Part shown: positions 51,900 to 62,783 of the stretch, piece after piece
Position numbering within the stretch: position 1 is the stretch's first letter
Layout of the letters: each line of letters begins with the position of its first letter
DNA from: Prochlorococcus sp. AG-409-I11
Lineage (GTDB): Bacteria > Cyanobacteriota > Cyanobacteriia > PCC-6307 > Cyanobiaceae
Direction: 5' to 3'
Assembly: GCA_003215725.1 (NCBI GenBank)
Contig: QCJX01000002.1
Span: 32,249-96,248, forward strand
Length of the DNA stretch: 64,000 nt
Made by a program: the position numbers and the translations under genes
The notes under the pieces: generated by a model
Databases searched by the model: none
What the model saw: only the letters and a program-made list of their open reading frames with translations
What the model was told of the DNA's origin: nothing

Positions 51900-53684
51900 C
51901 TAGATTGATTGCCCGGCTTGTACTTCCCATAATTGTTTGTAAGACCCATCTTTTTTAAGCAACTCTTCATGAGTACCTTCTTCAACTATAAACCCGTTAT
52001 CTAAAACTAGAATTTTGTCGGCTTTTATTACTGTACTTAATCTATGAGCAATAATAATTGTAGTTCTATTTTCTTTGATTTTCGAAAGAGACCTTTGGAT
52101 TGCTGCCTCAGTTTCGTTGTCTACAGATGCTGTGGCTTCATCAAGAATAAGAATTGGAGCATTTTTAAGAATTGCCCTTGCCAATGCGATTCTTTGACAT
52201 TGACCACCAGAAAGTTTTTGACCACGTTCCCCAACTATTGTTTGATAACCTTCAGGGAGTTCATTGATGAACTTTGATACCTCTGATAGTTCTGAAGCTT
52301 TTACAATCTCTTCAAACTTTGATTGATTATTCCCATAATTAATATTCTCTTCAATTGTTCCATGAAATAAATATACTTCTTGACTAACAAGTGCAATTGA
52401 ACGACGTAAACTTCTTATATCAAAATTTTCAATTGGCTCATTATCTAAAGTTATGATGCCCGAATTTAATGGATAAAGGCGCAATAGGAGCTTTACTATT
52501 GTACTTTTTCCTGAACCTGTTGAACCAACTATTCCTATAGTGCTACCTGCTTCGATTGAGAGATTGAAATCTTTAAGTAATGGATTTCGGTTCGGATAAT
52601 TAAAATTAACCGACTTAAATTCAATCTTTCCGGTAACTTCTTTTGGATTTAGCTTTTGATTTCCACTCGCTATAGTTATAGGGGTATCTATAAGGTTCAA
52701 GACTCTATTTGTGGATGCCATCGAACGTTGATACTCATCAAGAGTGTTCCCTAATGTTGTTAATGGCCAAAGAAGCCTTTGGGTAATAAATACAAGAAAA
52801 CTGTAAGTACCTACTGCCATTTTCCCTTCCCAAGTTTGGAGTCCTCCTACAATCAGAATTGATATAAATGCAAAGAGTATTGCGAATCTAATTAATGGAA
52901 TAAATGCGGCAGAAAGTCTTATTGCTCTTTGATTACTTGCTTGGTACAATTTACTCTGGATGTCTAGTCTCTTTAGCTCCCACGATTCAGCTGCATAACT
53001 TTTGATTGTAAGTATTCCTCCAAGATTATTATTAAGTTGAGAAGCTAGCTCCCCTGCTCTCTCTCTAACCTCTCTGTACCTTGGCGCCAATTTTTTTTGA
53101 AATCTTATGGAACCTAAAAGAATTATTGGTATAGGTAAAAATGCAAGGATTGCAACTCCAGGTGCAAGTATCAACATTGCTCCTCCAACAAGCAGAACAG
53201 TAACTAAAAGTTGAAGTATTTGATTGGCACCATGATCTAAAAACCTTTCCAGTTGATTGATATCATCATTTAATATTGTCATTAATCGACCAGAACTATC
53301 TTCTTCAAAAAAGGACATTTGTAGTTTCTGTAGATGATTGTATGCATTGACTCTTAGCTTGTGTTGAGTTATTTGAGCTAAATTTCTCCAGCAAATTCCA
53401 TATAGGTATTCAAATAAGGATTCAGCAGTCCAGATAACTAGAGAGAAAAATGCTAGAACACCTAATTGACTGGGAACAGTACTAAATCCAAAGCTTGCTA
53501 ACCATGAATTTTGCTCTCTAACAACTACATCTACTGAAAGGCCAATTAGAACTGGCGGCGCCAAGTCGAATAACTTGTTAAGGATTGAGCAACTAGTGGC
53601 GGCAATAATCAGTAATCTATGCATTTGCATAGTGTTGATTAGCCTTTTTAAAGCACTTTCCTTTTTAATGTTGATCGAAACCAT
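51900..53684 (-). CDS. ABC exporter, fused permease/ATPase (MsbA-like type I exporter)
   Basis: Six-TM N-terminal domain, Walker A GSTGSGKST, signature LSGGQCQR, and Walker B ILILDEAT. No N-terminal peptidase domain. Confidence 0.9.
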   Translation of the reverse strand: MVSINIKKESALKRLINTMQMHRLLIIAATSCSILNKLFDLAPPVLIGLSVDVVVREQNSWLASFGFSTVPSQLGVLAFFSLVIWTAESLFEYLYGICWRNLAQITQHKLRVNAYNHLQKLQMSFFEEDSSGRLMTILNDDINQLERFLDHGANQILQLLVTVLLVGGAMLILAPGVAILAFLPIPIILLGSIRFQKKLAPRYREVRERAGELASQLNNNLGGILTIKSYAAESWELKRLDIQSKLYQASNQRAIRLSAAFIPLIRFAILFAFISILIVGGLQTWEGKMAVGTYSFLVFITQRLLWPLTTLGNTLDEYQRSMASTNRVLNLIDTPITIASGNQKLNPKEVTGKIEFKSVNFNYPNRNPLLKDFNLSIEAGSTIGIVGSTGSGKSTIVKLLLRLYPLNSGIITLDNEPIENFDIRSLRRSIALVSQEVYLFHGTIEENINYGNNQSKFEEIVKASELSEVSKFINELPEGYQTIVGERGQKLSGGQCQRIALARAILKNAPILILDEATASVDNETEAAIQRSLSKIKENRTTIIIAHRLSTVIKADKILVLDNGFIVEEGTHEELLKKDGSYKQLWEVQAGQSI

Positions 53685-53719
53685 TTTTTTTATAATTTTA
53701 GACTGGTACTAGGATTGAG

Positions 53720-53995
53720 TTAAAAATTAAATTCTTCCAAAGCTTTTTCTCTGCAAATACTTTGTGCTTTTTGGACAGAGTAACCTTTATTGATTGAATT
53801 AATAAAGCAGTCACAAGTGAAACTTGCCATACCTTCAGGTGGATTTATCTTTGCATAACTCATTTCTTCTTTAAAACTTTCAAGACAAAATTTGGTGATC
53901 AAGTTGTTTGTTTTATTTTTTTGAGCAATAACTAATTGTGGGCTTAGGCAAATTAATAATACTATTTTCACTACCTTATTAAAGATTATCTTCAT
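53720..53995 (-). CDS. Small secreted hypothetical protein with four cysteines
   Basis: Sec-type signal peptide (MKIIFNKVVKIVLLICLSPQLVIAQ). The mature part is about 66 aa with 4 Cys. Confidence 0.45.
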   Translation of the reverse strand: MKIIFNKVVKIVLLICLSPQLVIAQKNKTNNLITKFCLESFKEEMSYAKINPPEGMASFTCDCFINSINKGYSVQKAQSICREKALEEFNF

Positions 53996-54006
53996 ATGAA
54001 TATAGG

Positions 54007-55884
54007 TTACTTTGAATTAGCTCTGTTAATTTGCAATTCTTTGTTCATTACTCTAACTTTTTTTAGATCTTTAAAGATATTCTCTGGCATACCTCTCGGT
54101 AGATCTATGAGGCTGTATTGATCGAAAATTTGAATGCGACCAATCATTCTCCCTTTTAAGCCTGTTTCATTTGCAATTGCACCTACTAAATTACTTGGTT
54201 TAACATGATCTCTGTGGCCAACTTCAACTCTAAAACGTTCTAGCTGATCTTCATGAGAGGTTGGATTACTATCATTCCTCCGACGAGAATTAATTCTTTT
54301 ATCTCGACGATCATCTCTTCGGTGTTTTTGGAAAGCTTGTTGTAACCAACTTTCATCTCCTCTCTCAAGAATAGGATTAGTTCCAATTGCAAGGCTTATT
54401 GCAGCCAATGAAAGTTGACCTTGATCTAGATTTAATTCTTCTTGAACTTCTTTAAGTATTTGTTGAAGGATATCTATTTCTTCTTCATGTTCCCTCCCTG
54501 CAGCAGCAGCAGTAATTAGCCTTTTTTTTAATTTAGCAACTCGACTCTTGTTAACTAATGAATTATCTGGTATGACCATTTGTTCTATAGGTTGCCCTAC
54601 TTTCCTTTCAAGGGTTCTTAGAAAATGTTTCTCTCTTGGGCTTACAAAGAGAATCGCCTCACCACTTCTACCGGCTCTACCTGTTCTCCCTATGCGATGA
54701 ACATATGCTTCACTGTCAAAAGGCATATCATAATTAATGACTAACCCAATTCTGTCGACATCAAGTCCTCTGGCGGCAACATCTGTAGCAACTAAAATAT
54801 TAACCCTACCATTTCGGAGACGTTCTATTGTGCGCTCCCGTTGAGTTTGAGGAACATCTCCATTCAAAACGGCTACAGCATGCCCTTCCGTTTCTAAAGA
54901 TTGTGCAATAGAAAGAGTAATCATCTTTGTTCTTGCAAATACAATTACTCCTTCGCTAGACATCACTTCAAGAATTCTTTTTAAAGCATCAATTTTATGA
55001 CTATTATGTATAGCAATGTATTGCTGCTTAATTAAACAAGCCTCTTTCTGGTGAGCTTTAATTGTTATTTCTGCGGGGTTGTTGAGGTACCTTTTAGAAA
55101 GCCTTCTAATCTCCGATGGCATTGTTGCAGAGAATAAAACCATTTGTCGCTCTTTAGGCAACTGATCAAGAACCCATTCCACATCATCTATAAAGCCCAT
55201 TCTCAACATTTCATCTGCCTCATCTAATACCAGGCATTTCAGACCATCTTTGTTTAATGTGCCTTGACGCATGTGGTCCATAACACGTCCAGGTGTTCCA
55301 ACGACAACATCTACCCCTCTTTTAAGCGCATTGATTTGTGTACGAAAATCAGCTCCACCGTAGACTGCTAATATTTTTTGCTTCTGGTCCCTAGCTGAAT
55401 AACAACGGAAAGAATCAGCCACTTGCATCGCAAGTTCACGTGTTGGAGCCAGAACAAGGACTTGTGGCCTCTTGGAATTCTCTTTAAGTCGTTCGAGAAT
55501 TGGTAAGGCAAAAGCAGCGGTTTTGCCTGTCCCAGTTTGTGCTTGTCCTACGAGATCTCTACCCAACATGAGTTCAGGGAAAGCAGCTTTTTGAATGGGG
55601 GTAGGTTCCTTGTATCCATTTTTGTCAATATTTTTCAGCAGTTCACTACTAAAACCAAAACCTTCAAAACCACTCTTTTTGTCTGAGTTATCGAAAGAGT
55701 CTTGTTTGTTATGGGTTACCTTTTCTTCAGGAGAGTCTTGTATGACTTGATCCTTACTGTTAGAAATCTTTTCATCATGAGATTTGTTCAGATCTGACGT
55801 TGGGGTGTTAATTGAGCACGTTGAATCCTCATTAGCTTTTGTTGTTTCCATCAAGATTGAGCAATTGCCTGATTGACCCTTCAA
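54007..55884 (-). CDS. DEAD-box RNA helicase (CsdA/DeaD-like, with a DbpA-type C-terminal domain)
   Basis: Motifs AQTGTGKTAAF, VLDEADEML, SAT and HRIGRTGRAG. The ORF is open from TTG 55884; the first ATG is at 55851 (METTKAN). Confidence 0.9.
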   Translation of the reverse strand: MKGQSGNCSILMETTKANEDSTCSINTPTSDLNKSHDEKISNSKDQVIQDSPEEKVTHNKQDSFDNSDKKSGFEGFGFSSELLKNIDKNGYKEPTPIQKAAFPELMLGRDLVGQAQTGTGKTAAFALPILERLKENSKRPQVLVLAPTRELAMQVADSFRCYSARDQKQKILAVYGGADFRTQINALKRGVDVVVGTPGRVMDHMRQGTLNKDGLKCLVLDEADEMLRMGFIDDVEWVLDQLPKERQMVLFSATMPSEIRRLSKRYLNNPAEITIKAHQKEACLIKQQYIAIHNSHKIDALKRILEVMSSEGVIVFARTKMITLSIAQSLETEGHAVAVLNGDVPQTQRERTIERLRNGRVNILVATDVAARGLDVDRIGLVINYDMPFDSEAYVHRIGRTGRAGRSGEAILFVSPREKHFLRTLERKVGQPIEQMVIPDNSLVNKSRVAKLKKRLITAAAAGREHEEEIDILQQILKEVQEELNLDQGQLSLAAISLAIGTNPILERGDESWLQQAFQKHRRDDRRDKRINSRRRNDSNPTSHEDQLERFRVEVGHRDHVKPSNLVGAIANETGLKGRMIGRIQIFDQYSLIDLPRGMPENIFKDLKKVRVMNKELQINRANSK

Positions 55885-56047
55885 TTCAGGCAGACAACTT
55901 CCAATCGGTTTATAACCGTGCTGTGTTGACTCGCCTTTTTAAAGGTTGAATATTTAATTTATCATCCAGCAATAAATTTCTCATGTTTCTTGGGTAAATT
56001 GGCATTAAACACATGTCAGGTATTAAAAAACCTTGAATTTATTTGAC

Positions 56048-57775
56048 TTAACTTTTTACTTCTTTGTTGAGGATAAATAAATCAATATGTTTTTTTGCTC
56101 TGGTTATAGCTGTGTAAAGCAGTCTTTTTTGATAGGAATCATTGCGGTTAGAGCTCTCTGGTAGAGAAAAGCTTTTAGAGTAATTTTCTGGCCATAGCAA
56201 CATTATTTGGTCAGCTTCACTCCCTTGAGCCTTATGGATTGTCATTGCTAAAGCTGGTTCTAACTCTTTTACTCTTGCTGGATGAATTAAACGAGGGATT
56301 AGCTTTTGATCATCAGAAAAGATTTTAAATAATAACCTTTGCTCTGTCCCTCTCCCAATCACTACACCAATATCACCATTTGCCAACCCAAGATCAGGTT
56401 GATTCTTTTCACACATTACTGGCGTTCCTTGAGGCCAATTACTTATGCCTTCTTCGTAGTCTTGTCCTAGCAATGTTCTATGAACATGCTTCACCCCCCA
56501 TAGACCATGTCTTTTAGGGCAAAGAATCATAAGTTTTTCTAGGTACTTGAGTATTGATTCAGCATTAATCTCTGAATTCAATTCTAGTATGCTTAAAGCA
56601 TCTTTACCTTTAAAAGTTGATTGGTTGAATTCCTCTGCGAACATTTCTAGCCTCTTAAGATGAGACTTGATTTGATTAATAACAACTTTAGGCAAGATAT
56701 TTAAATTTGAATGGTGAATTCTGATGTTTTCAGAAGGTGAAAGATGATTAAGATGTTCCCAGAAACTTTCTACACCTTCGTCTTTTAAGAGATTACTCAT
56801 TACAGCAATAGAGCCACGATTACGGTATAGCTTTTTTAACTGAACAGCACCTTTCCCAAAATTACAGCAAACACTTTCAGTTTGTAATTTATGCCAAATT
56901 GAACCACTTGCTACTGGAGGTAGTTGATTCGGATCTCCTACGAGAATAAGTTGAGACTTCTCTGGTAGAGCTTCTAGAAGAGCATGCATTAAGGAAAGCT
57001 CCACCATTGACATCTCATCTATAACTAAAAGATCAAAAGTCAAGAGATTGCTTTTGTTGCGCTTGAAACCTCCTTGCCTCGCTTCTAGCAACCTATGAAT
57101 TGTGCTACATGGAATAGTCGCTATAGATTCTTGATATTGTGTTTCTATGCTTTTGAGACCTTTATGTAGTGTTTCTTTCAGGCGCCTTGCTGCTTTTCCT
57201 GTTGGTGCGCTTAGACCAATCTTTATAGTTGAATTGTGAGCAACCAGTTCTTCGAGCATATGCAAGATTGTGCTGGTTTTACCAGTACCAGGACCACCAC
57301 TAAGTAAAATAATTTTATGAGTCTTAACAGCTTTTATTGCAGCCATCTGCTCCTTATTTAATAACTTGTTTTTATGTTTGTGAGCTTTAAATTCAATTAC
57401 TGAGGCTGAAGGGATATTTAGCTTTGTTCTATTAATTAGCCTTTGAGTCAAGGTTTCCATTTCGTAATACCATCGACTCCAATACAATTGATCTTTTTCT
57501 AAAACCATTGGTGGATTTTCACCATCTAACCATCCACTTTTTAAGACAGCTTTTCGATGTTCATTGGGCCAGTCTTTAGGATTAATATCTAAAGGTGGAC
57601 TTGGACTTTTTAGATCTATCATTATTTCACCTTTGCTTAAGGCATCCATTAGACTATTAACTACTTCTAGTAGGTGTTGAGACATATTTGTTGTAGGTAC
57701 TCTTCGGCTAAGGGCTTGAAGTAAAGCTTTGTTTACATTTGAGGACCAAGGCTGGAAATTTACTTCTTTATTCAT
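56048..57775 (-). CDS. recD: Exodeoxyribonuclease V alpha subunit
   Basis: Motifs GGPGTGKTS, VIDEMSMV, VGDPNQLPPV, TIHKAQGSE and YTAITRAKK. The gene overlaps the recB stop by 4 nt. Confidence 0.9.
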   Translation of the reverse strand: MNKEVNFQPWSSNVNKALLQALSRRVPTTNMSQHLLEVVNSLMDALSKGEIMIDLKSPSPPLDINPKDWPNEHRKAVLKSGWLDGENPPMVLEKDQLYWSRWYYEMETLTQRLINRTKLNIPSASVIEFKAHKHKNKLLNKEQMAAIKAVKTHKIILLSGGPGTGKTSTILHMLEELVAHNSTIKIGLSAPTGKAARRLKETLHKGLKSIETQYQESIATIPCSTIHRLLEARQGGFKRNKSNLLTFDLLVIDEMSMVELSLMHALLEALPEKSQLILVGDPNQLPPVASGSIWHKLQTESVCCNFGKGAVQLKKLYRNRGSIAVMSNLLKDEGVESFWEHLNHLSPSENIRIHHSNLNILPKVVINQIKSHLKRLEMFAEEFNQSTFKGKDALSILELNSEINAESILKYLEKLMILCPKRHGLWGVKHVHRTLLGQDYEEGISNWPQGTPVMCEKNQPDLGLANGDIGVVIGRGTEQRLLFKIFSDDQKLIPRLIHPARVKELEPALAMTIHKAQGSEADQIMLLWPENYSKSFSLPESSNRNDSYQKRLLYTAITRAKKHIDLFILNKEVKS

Positions 57776-60700
57776 CCTCCTCCTTGATGCAATAATTGAT
57801 CAAGCATTAGTATCCGATTTATTGGCGCACTTTCAGTAATAAGGCCTGGACAATTGGTTGAATTTGGATTGTTTTTTAACTCGTCTTCACTAGGAATTCC
57901 TCTTAAAAAAATGTATATATAACCCCCAAGATTCTTTTCAGGCTTGTAATTAGGTAGTCTCCACAGTAAGAAACGATGAAGAGCGACTAGATATAAATGA
58001 GCTTGTAATGGGTAATGGTGAACCTTCATCTGATTTTCCATAGCATTATCGTCATAGTGAATTGGTCCACAGGAAGCGATATCTCTCTCTTTATCTTGTT
58101 CACCTAACCAATTACTCTTCCAATCGGCTACCCACCAGCGAGGATTACTTGTATTTTTATTTTGAATAAAAACCAAATCAATTGATCCTGTAAGAAAGCC
58201 TCGGCTTTCTATATTGAGGTTACAAATCTCTGATGCGTAGGAAGACCCAAAACGAGACATTGGATCTTCTTTAAAGACTTTAGAAAGATCATAAGCAGTG
58301 ATTGCTTTACCATTATTAGAAATTGGCAGGTCAAAACTAAGCTCATGAACTCTATTTTCTTGATTTAAGTCCTTGAGTTTAAAATCTCCTAAAGGACCAC
58401 CAAGAGAAATATTAAAAACTCTTTTTAGTCCATCTTGAATTGAGCTTGTTAGGGAGTTATCGATTCCAGATCTATTTAACTCCTCTTCAATAATTTTTGC
58501 TGATATTAAACTTTCAAGTGGTTCTTTGAAATCAACTCTCTCAAGTATTCGATGTAAACAGTCGCCTGCTGAAGCTCCTCGAGGAAAATTGGAAAGTGGA
58601 CCAATTTTAGACCAGATTTGTTTACGTTCTTTTCTCTTTATGTTTGCAGAAAAGTAGAGCAACTCTTCGTTAGCAAGATTAATGCTACTTTCTTGATCGA
58701 TATCTCTACCTATCTCAAGCTCTTCTTGATTAAAAGAGATGCTGTAGTCGTAATGATAATTATTAATCCAGGAAGAGTAGCTACTTCTACCCCAAGCAGT
58801 ATCAAGTTTTCTTTTTGGTATTGGGCCAAGAGATAATTTGCCTTTAGGTTTGGGATGTTTCCATCGATTATTAATTTTGTTCGTCTCGGCAGAGATGATT
58901 TCTATTTTGTTACTAACTGTGCTTAGCCATTCTCTCATCCTTTCAAGAGAAAGGGTTTCTATTGGTGCATCAATAGCATTAGGTCCAAATAAAAAACTAG
59001 TTAATGGATTTCCTTCTTGGTTTGTTGACTTTCCCCAGAGAATAATTAGTTTAGATTGTGCCCTCGTGAGTGCCACATAGGCTAATCTCTCTGCTTCCTC
59101 TAGAGAGGTTTTTTTCATCTCTTCTGCAGCATTTCTACCTGCACCCCATTTTGTATTTAGTGAAATAAACCAATTAGGATTGTCTTTTACCTTCCAGAGC
59201 GGACCTTTTGGGACAGGAGGTGCTTGCCATAAATATGGACAAATTACAATTTGATATTGCAGGCCTTTGCTTCGATGGACTGTAACTACGTTGACTGCAT
59301 TTTCTGCTACGTCACTGTTTGGTTGCTGCTCATCTGGAGTCGGTAATCTAGGAGATAGTCGTTTTCTTTTTAACCATTTAGATGCTCCTTTTGCATCTAG
59401 ACCTTTTGTATGTATTGTTTCTTGTACGAGTTGAGCACATTGATTTAAATCCCCAAGAAGTCTTCCTCTTTCCGAAAGATCAGCAAAAGTTTCTCCCTCT
59501 AGTAGTTCTGAAATGCAACCAAGAAGTCCTAATTTCGATAGGTTTTTTGACCAATACTTAAATTTGACAGCTAGTTGATCTAACTCTCCATTGAGTTCTG
59601 AGGCATTTAATTTATCTTTATTCCACTGCATTAGTACAGAACATGCGACTAGACGAAGGCTTTCTGAATCAGCTGGGTTGGATAGACAATTTAGGAATCG
59701 TTGTAATACTTGTGCGGCTTCACTAGTGAAAATGTCTCCTCGACTAACTAATCGGCTCGGAACCCCAGCCATTGCTAAGCCAATACGGATACTGGATGCT
59801 TGATCATGTCGACTAACAAGAACGCATATGTCTGCTGGACTAATATTATTAGTATTAGTTTGAAGCATCTCTAGCACTACATTCGCTACTGCTATTGGAA
59901 CTTTTTTTTCTAAAGAACTTTTTGATAATAATGAGTTAGATCCTTTATTTGTTTGTTCTAAACTCTCTTCTAGAGTTAGTATTTGTAATGGTTTTCCGCT
60001 GTGTAAAAAAGAACGAGAGCTTCCTTTTGTATTGGGGTTGAGTGCATATATCTCCAAATTAGAACGTCTAAGACCATTGGCCATTAGTCTATTTAGAGAG
60101 TCCATTAAGCTTGGATTTGCTCTATAGTTATTAACTAAAGAATCTATTCGATCTACTTGCTTCTTCGCTTTTAGGTAAGTATTTAAATCGCCACCTCTAA
60201 ATTGATAAATAGCTTGCTTGGGGTCACCTACCATTATTAAGAGATGATCCTTACTCTCTCCAAATGCTTGTTTGAGAAACCTCCATTGTATAGGGTCTGT
60301 ATCTTGGAACTCATCAATAAGTGCTGCTCGATAGCGACGTCTAACTTTTGTAATTAATAAATTGGGAGAGATAGGTATTTTTTTTGTAGCATGTTTTTCG
60401 CCAGGACCTGGGCCTGGATCTAAGGCTTTTAGTAATCCGTTATAGTTTAAAGATCCTTTTCTTTCTCGTCTTTCTAAAAGGTTGCGTGATAACCACAATA
60501 AGGCATGATCCCACACCAATTCTGCAGGTCCGTCCCATACTTCTGCAATTGACTTTTGTAACCTCTCTCTGCTAAGTGAAAAATTTATTTCTCCAACACG
60601 TCTAGCAACTTGATCGATGATGCCAGGATGAAAGTAATTTCCTAATAGCTTTTGCTCTCGAATATAGCTATAAAATGGTCTTGCATCTTTCCCCTCACTG

Positions 60701-61593
60701 CTTGATTTAAAATCAATATTATTGACCCATTTGTTAATTAAATCATAACGATCTTTTGTTGGACTTGGGCTAAAAGGTTTTGTATCTTTAAAGCCTTGTG
60801 ATCTCCAGTGCTCGGCTATTTTTTCTAAATCATAAGTTAATAATTTGCCATCTTTCCTCCAGTTTGATAAAAAAAGCATCCAGTATTTATTCATCCATTG
60901 CTCAAATTGATCAGACAATCTTAGGTTGTCATCTATAAATAAGTTATTTTGTTTAAATTGAACGCTTGGATCAGTATCTATCTTGAAAAGAGTTTCCCTT
61001 AGCTTCTCTATGCTGAGCCCTGTATCCTCAATTCCTTTGAGGTCTTCAGGATTTAATTCAAGGACTTGATTGCTCCAATATTCATGAATTAATTCAATAA
61101 TTGGCTCGTAATCGTCTACTTCTAGTTGAGGGGAAATAGGTACTCCGCTTTCAATTGCTTCACTTTTTAATGTTCGACTACAAAAACCATGGATGGTTGT
61201 GATGTCTGCACGATCAATCCCTTCGAGAGCTTCTAAAATTAAACTGGCGAATTTGTAACGCTTTTCTTTGTTATTAGCTTTATCTTTTATCCATTGATCA
61301 AGAACTTTATCTTCTGTAAGACACTCTAATCCTGCCTGATATGACTCAACCCTATTGAGTGCCTGAATTAGTCTACTCCCAATCCTTGCTTTTATTTCTG
61401 ATGCACTTGCTTCAGTAAATGTAACGACTAATATTTCACTTATATCGTATTCTTTTTCAGTTAATAATCTTAAAACAAGATGGGCCAAGGAAAATGTCTT
61501 CCCAGTCCCAGCACTTGCTTCTAAGAGATAATTCCCTTCTTTAAGAGGATAATTATTTGCATCGAAAATATTTTCAGGCATTATCTTAGACAT
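57772..61593 (-). CDS. recB: Exodeoxyribonuclease V beta subunit
   Basis: Walker A ASAGTGKTFS, motif IDEFQDTD, and a C-terminal RecB nuclease motif GSIDLVF...VADWKSNWLG. Confidence 0.9.
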   Translation of the reverse strand: MSKIMPENIFDANNYPLKEGNYLLEASAGTGKTFSLAHLVLRLLTEKEYDISEILVVTFTEASASEIKARIGSRLIQALNRVESYQAGLECLTEDKVLDQWIKDKANNKEKRYKFASLILEALEGIDRADITTIHGFCSRTLKSEAIESGVPISPQLEVDDYEPIIELIHEYWSNQVLELNPEDLKGIEDTGLSIEKLRETLFKIDTDPSVQFKQNNLFIDDNLRLSDQFEQWMNKYWMLFLSNWRKDGKLLTYDLEKIAEHWRSQGFKDTKPFSPSPTKDRYDLINKWVNNIDFKSSSEGKDARPFYSYIREQKLLGNYFHPGIIDQVARRVGEINFSLSRERLQKSIAEVWDGPAELVWDHALLWLSRNLLERRERKGSLNYNGLLKALDPGPGPGEKHATKKIPISPNLLITKVRRRYRAALIDEFQDTDPIQWRFLKQAFGESKDHLLIMVGDPKQAIYQFRGGDLNTYLKAKKQVDRIDSLVNNYRANPSLMDSLNRLMANGLRRSNLEIYALNPNTKGSSRSFLHSGKPLQILTLEESLEQTNKGSNSLLSKSSLEKKVPIAVANVVLEMLQTNTNNISPADICVLVSRHDQASSIRIGLAMAGVPSRLVSRGDIFTSEAAQVLQRFLNCLSNPADSESLRLVACSVLMQWNKDKLNASELNGELDQLAVKFKYWSKNLSKLGLLGCISELLEGETFADLSERGRLLGDLNQCAQLVQETIHTKGLDAKGASKWLKRKRLSPRLPTPDEQQPNSDVAENAVNVVTVHRSKGLQYQIVICPYLWQAPPVPKGPLWKVKDNPNWFISLNTKWGAGRNAAEEMKKTSLEEAERLAYVALTRAQSKLIILWGKSTNQEGNPLTSFLFGPNAIDAPIETLSLERMREWLSTVSNKIEIISAETNKINNRWKHPKPKGKLSLGPIPKRKLDTAWGRSSYSSWINNYHYDYSISFNQEELEIGRDIDQESSINLANEELLYFSANIKRKERKQIWSKIGPLSNFPRGASAGDCLHRILERVDFKEPLESLISAKIIEEELNRSGIDNSLTSSIQDGLKRVFNISLGGPLGDFKLKDLNQENRVHELSFDLPISNNGKAITAYDLSKVFKEDPMSRFGSSYASEICNLNIESRGFLTGSIDLVFIQNKNTSNPRWWVADWKSNWLGEQDKERDIASCGPIHYDDNAMENQMKVHHYPLQAHLYLVALHRFLLWRLPNYKPEKNLGGYIYIFLRGIPSEDELKNNPNSTNCPGLITESAPINRILMLDQLLHQGGG

Positions 61594-61714
61594 TACTTAA
61601 TATCACTTATTTTCTTTAAGAAAAGATAGTGTTCTAGACTTCTGGTTTGCCTTGCTTAGGTAGTAGGGGTTCATTGTTCGGTTAGATTGGCGCGTAAGGC
61701 TATTAGCTTTTTCA

Positions 61715-62278
61715 TTAGAATCTCCAATCAAAATAACTAAAGCCTTTGATTATTGCTGGAGTTTTTGTCATATAATCTAAATAATCAGGATAAAATTCTT
61801 TGAGCCTTTTCTCTTCTCTAAGGGCTTTGCTTTTTAGTACATAGCATAAGAGAAGAAATAAAATTAAGTGAAGAAAGCTAGCTTGGTAAACCATTATTCC
61901 TGCAGAGCTTAATATTAAGGCTTGATATAAAGGATGACGACAATTTCTGTATGGTCCTGAAGTAATTAAAGAGGCATTTGTCTTTGGTTCAGGTAGAGGT
62001 GAAAGACTAGGACCAAGTTTGATGAATGCCTTGATTGCATAGTAAATACCTATAAAAAAGAAGAACCCACCGATGACTTTTAGGATTGATAGCAAACTAG
62101 AACCTTCTTTAAGAAGAGAAGGCCAAGCAGGTAGAAGATGAGTCGTAATAACAGTTAGTTGAGCAATTAAGAACCATTCCCCATGCCTGTTGTTTAGCCA
62201 CCCTTCCCAGCTAAAACCCCAATTAGAAAACATTGATGCAATGTATTCTTTTAAAGGTTGCTCACTTTTGTCAGCCAT
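61715..62278 (-). CDS. ICMT/PEMT-family membrane methyltransferase
   Basis: Multiple TM helices and the motif SGPYRNCRHPLYQALIL, which is characteristic of the family. Confidence 0.7.
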   Translation of the reverse strand: MADKSEQPLKEYIASMFSNWGFSWEGWLNNRHGEWFLIAQLTVITTHLLPAWPSLLKEGSSLLSILKVIGGFFFFIGIYYAIKAFIKLGPSLSPLPEPKTNASLITSGPYRNCRHPLYQALILSSAGIMVYQASFLHLILFLLLCYVLKSKALREEKRLKEFYPDYLDYMTKTPAIIKGFSYFDWRF

Positions 62279-62366
62279 AATAGAAGCCCTATTTTTGCCT
62301 GAGCATTTATCTTAAAGAAAGATACTGGAGTTAGAGTTCTTTGTTTAATTAATTCAATGGTTTTAC

Positions 62367-62561
62367 TTATAGGCAGTGATTGGCAGAGATGTATGAATTT
62401 TTCGAAATTTCTTTAGGGTTATTTACCTTTGCATCGATTGATACTTGAAAATTAGGTTTGCTGTTACTAAACATAACGATAGAAGAACGGTTGCCAGGCT
62501 CTATTAGAGTTCGCCTTATCCATTTAGCTTGAATAGGGTTTGAATCGTTTGGTTCTTTCAT
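62367..62561 (-). CDS. Doubtful small ORF (64 codons)
   Basis: This is the only ORF in the gap. No recognisable motif and no obvious ribosome-binding site. Confidence 0.2.
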   Translation of the reverse strand: MKEPNDSNPIQAKWIRRTLIEPGNRSSIVMFSNSKPNFQVSIDAKVNNPKEISKNSYISANHCL

Positions 62562-62783
62562 TAAGTTAATAATATTATAATTACATTTAATTTAAGCATG
62601 AAAGAGTCTGGAATCTCTTGAATTTAAGGTAGCAAATCTAACAATTTCTAGTTTTTTAATTCACGGATACTTGTAAGCTTTATTTCTTAGGCTTGGTATT
62701 CATTAGCTCAATTATGGGGTAGTTAATTTAATAAAGATATTTTCATAGAGGCTTTAATGGGATTGATGGCTTGTTCTTAAGAA

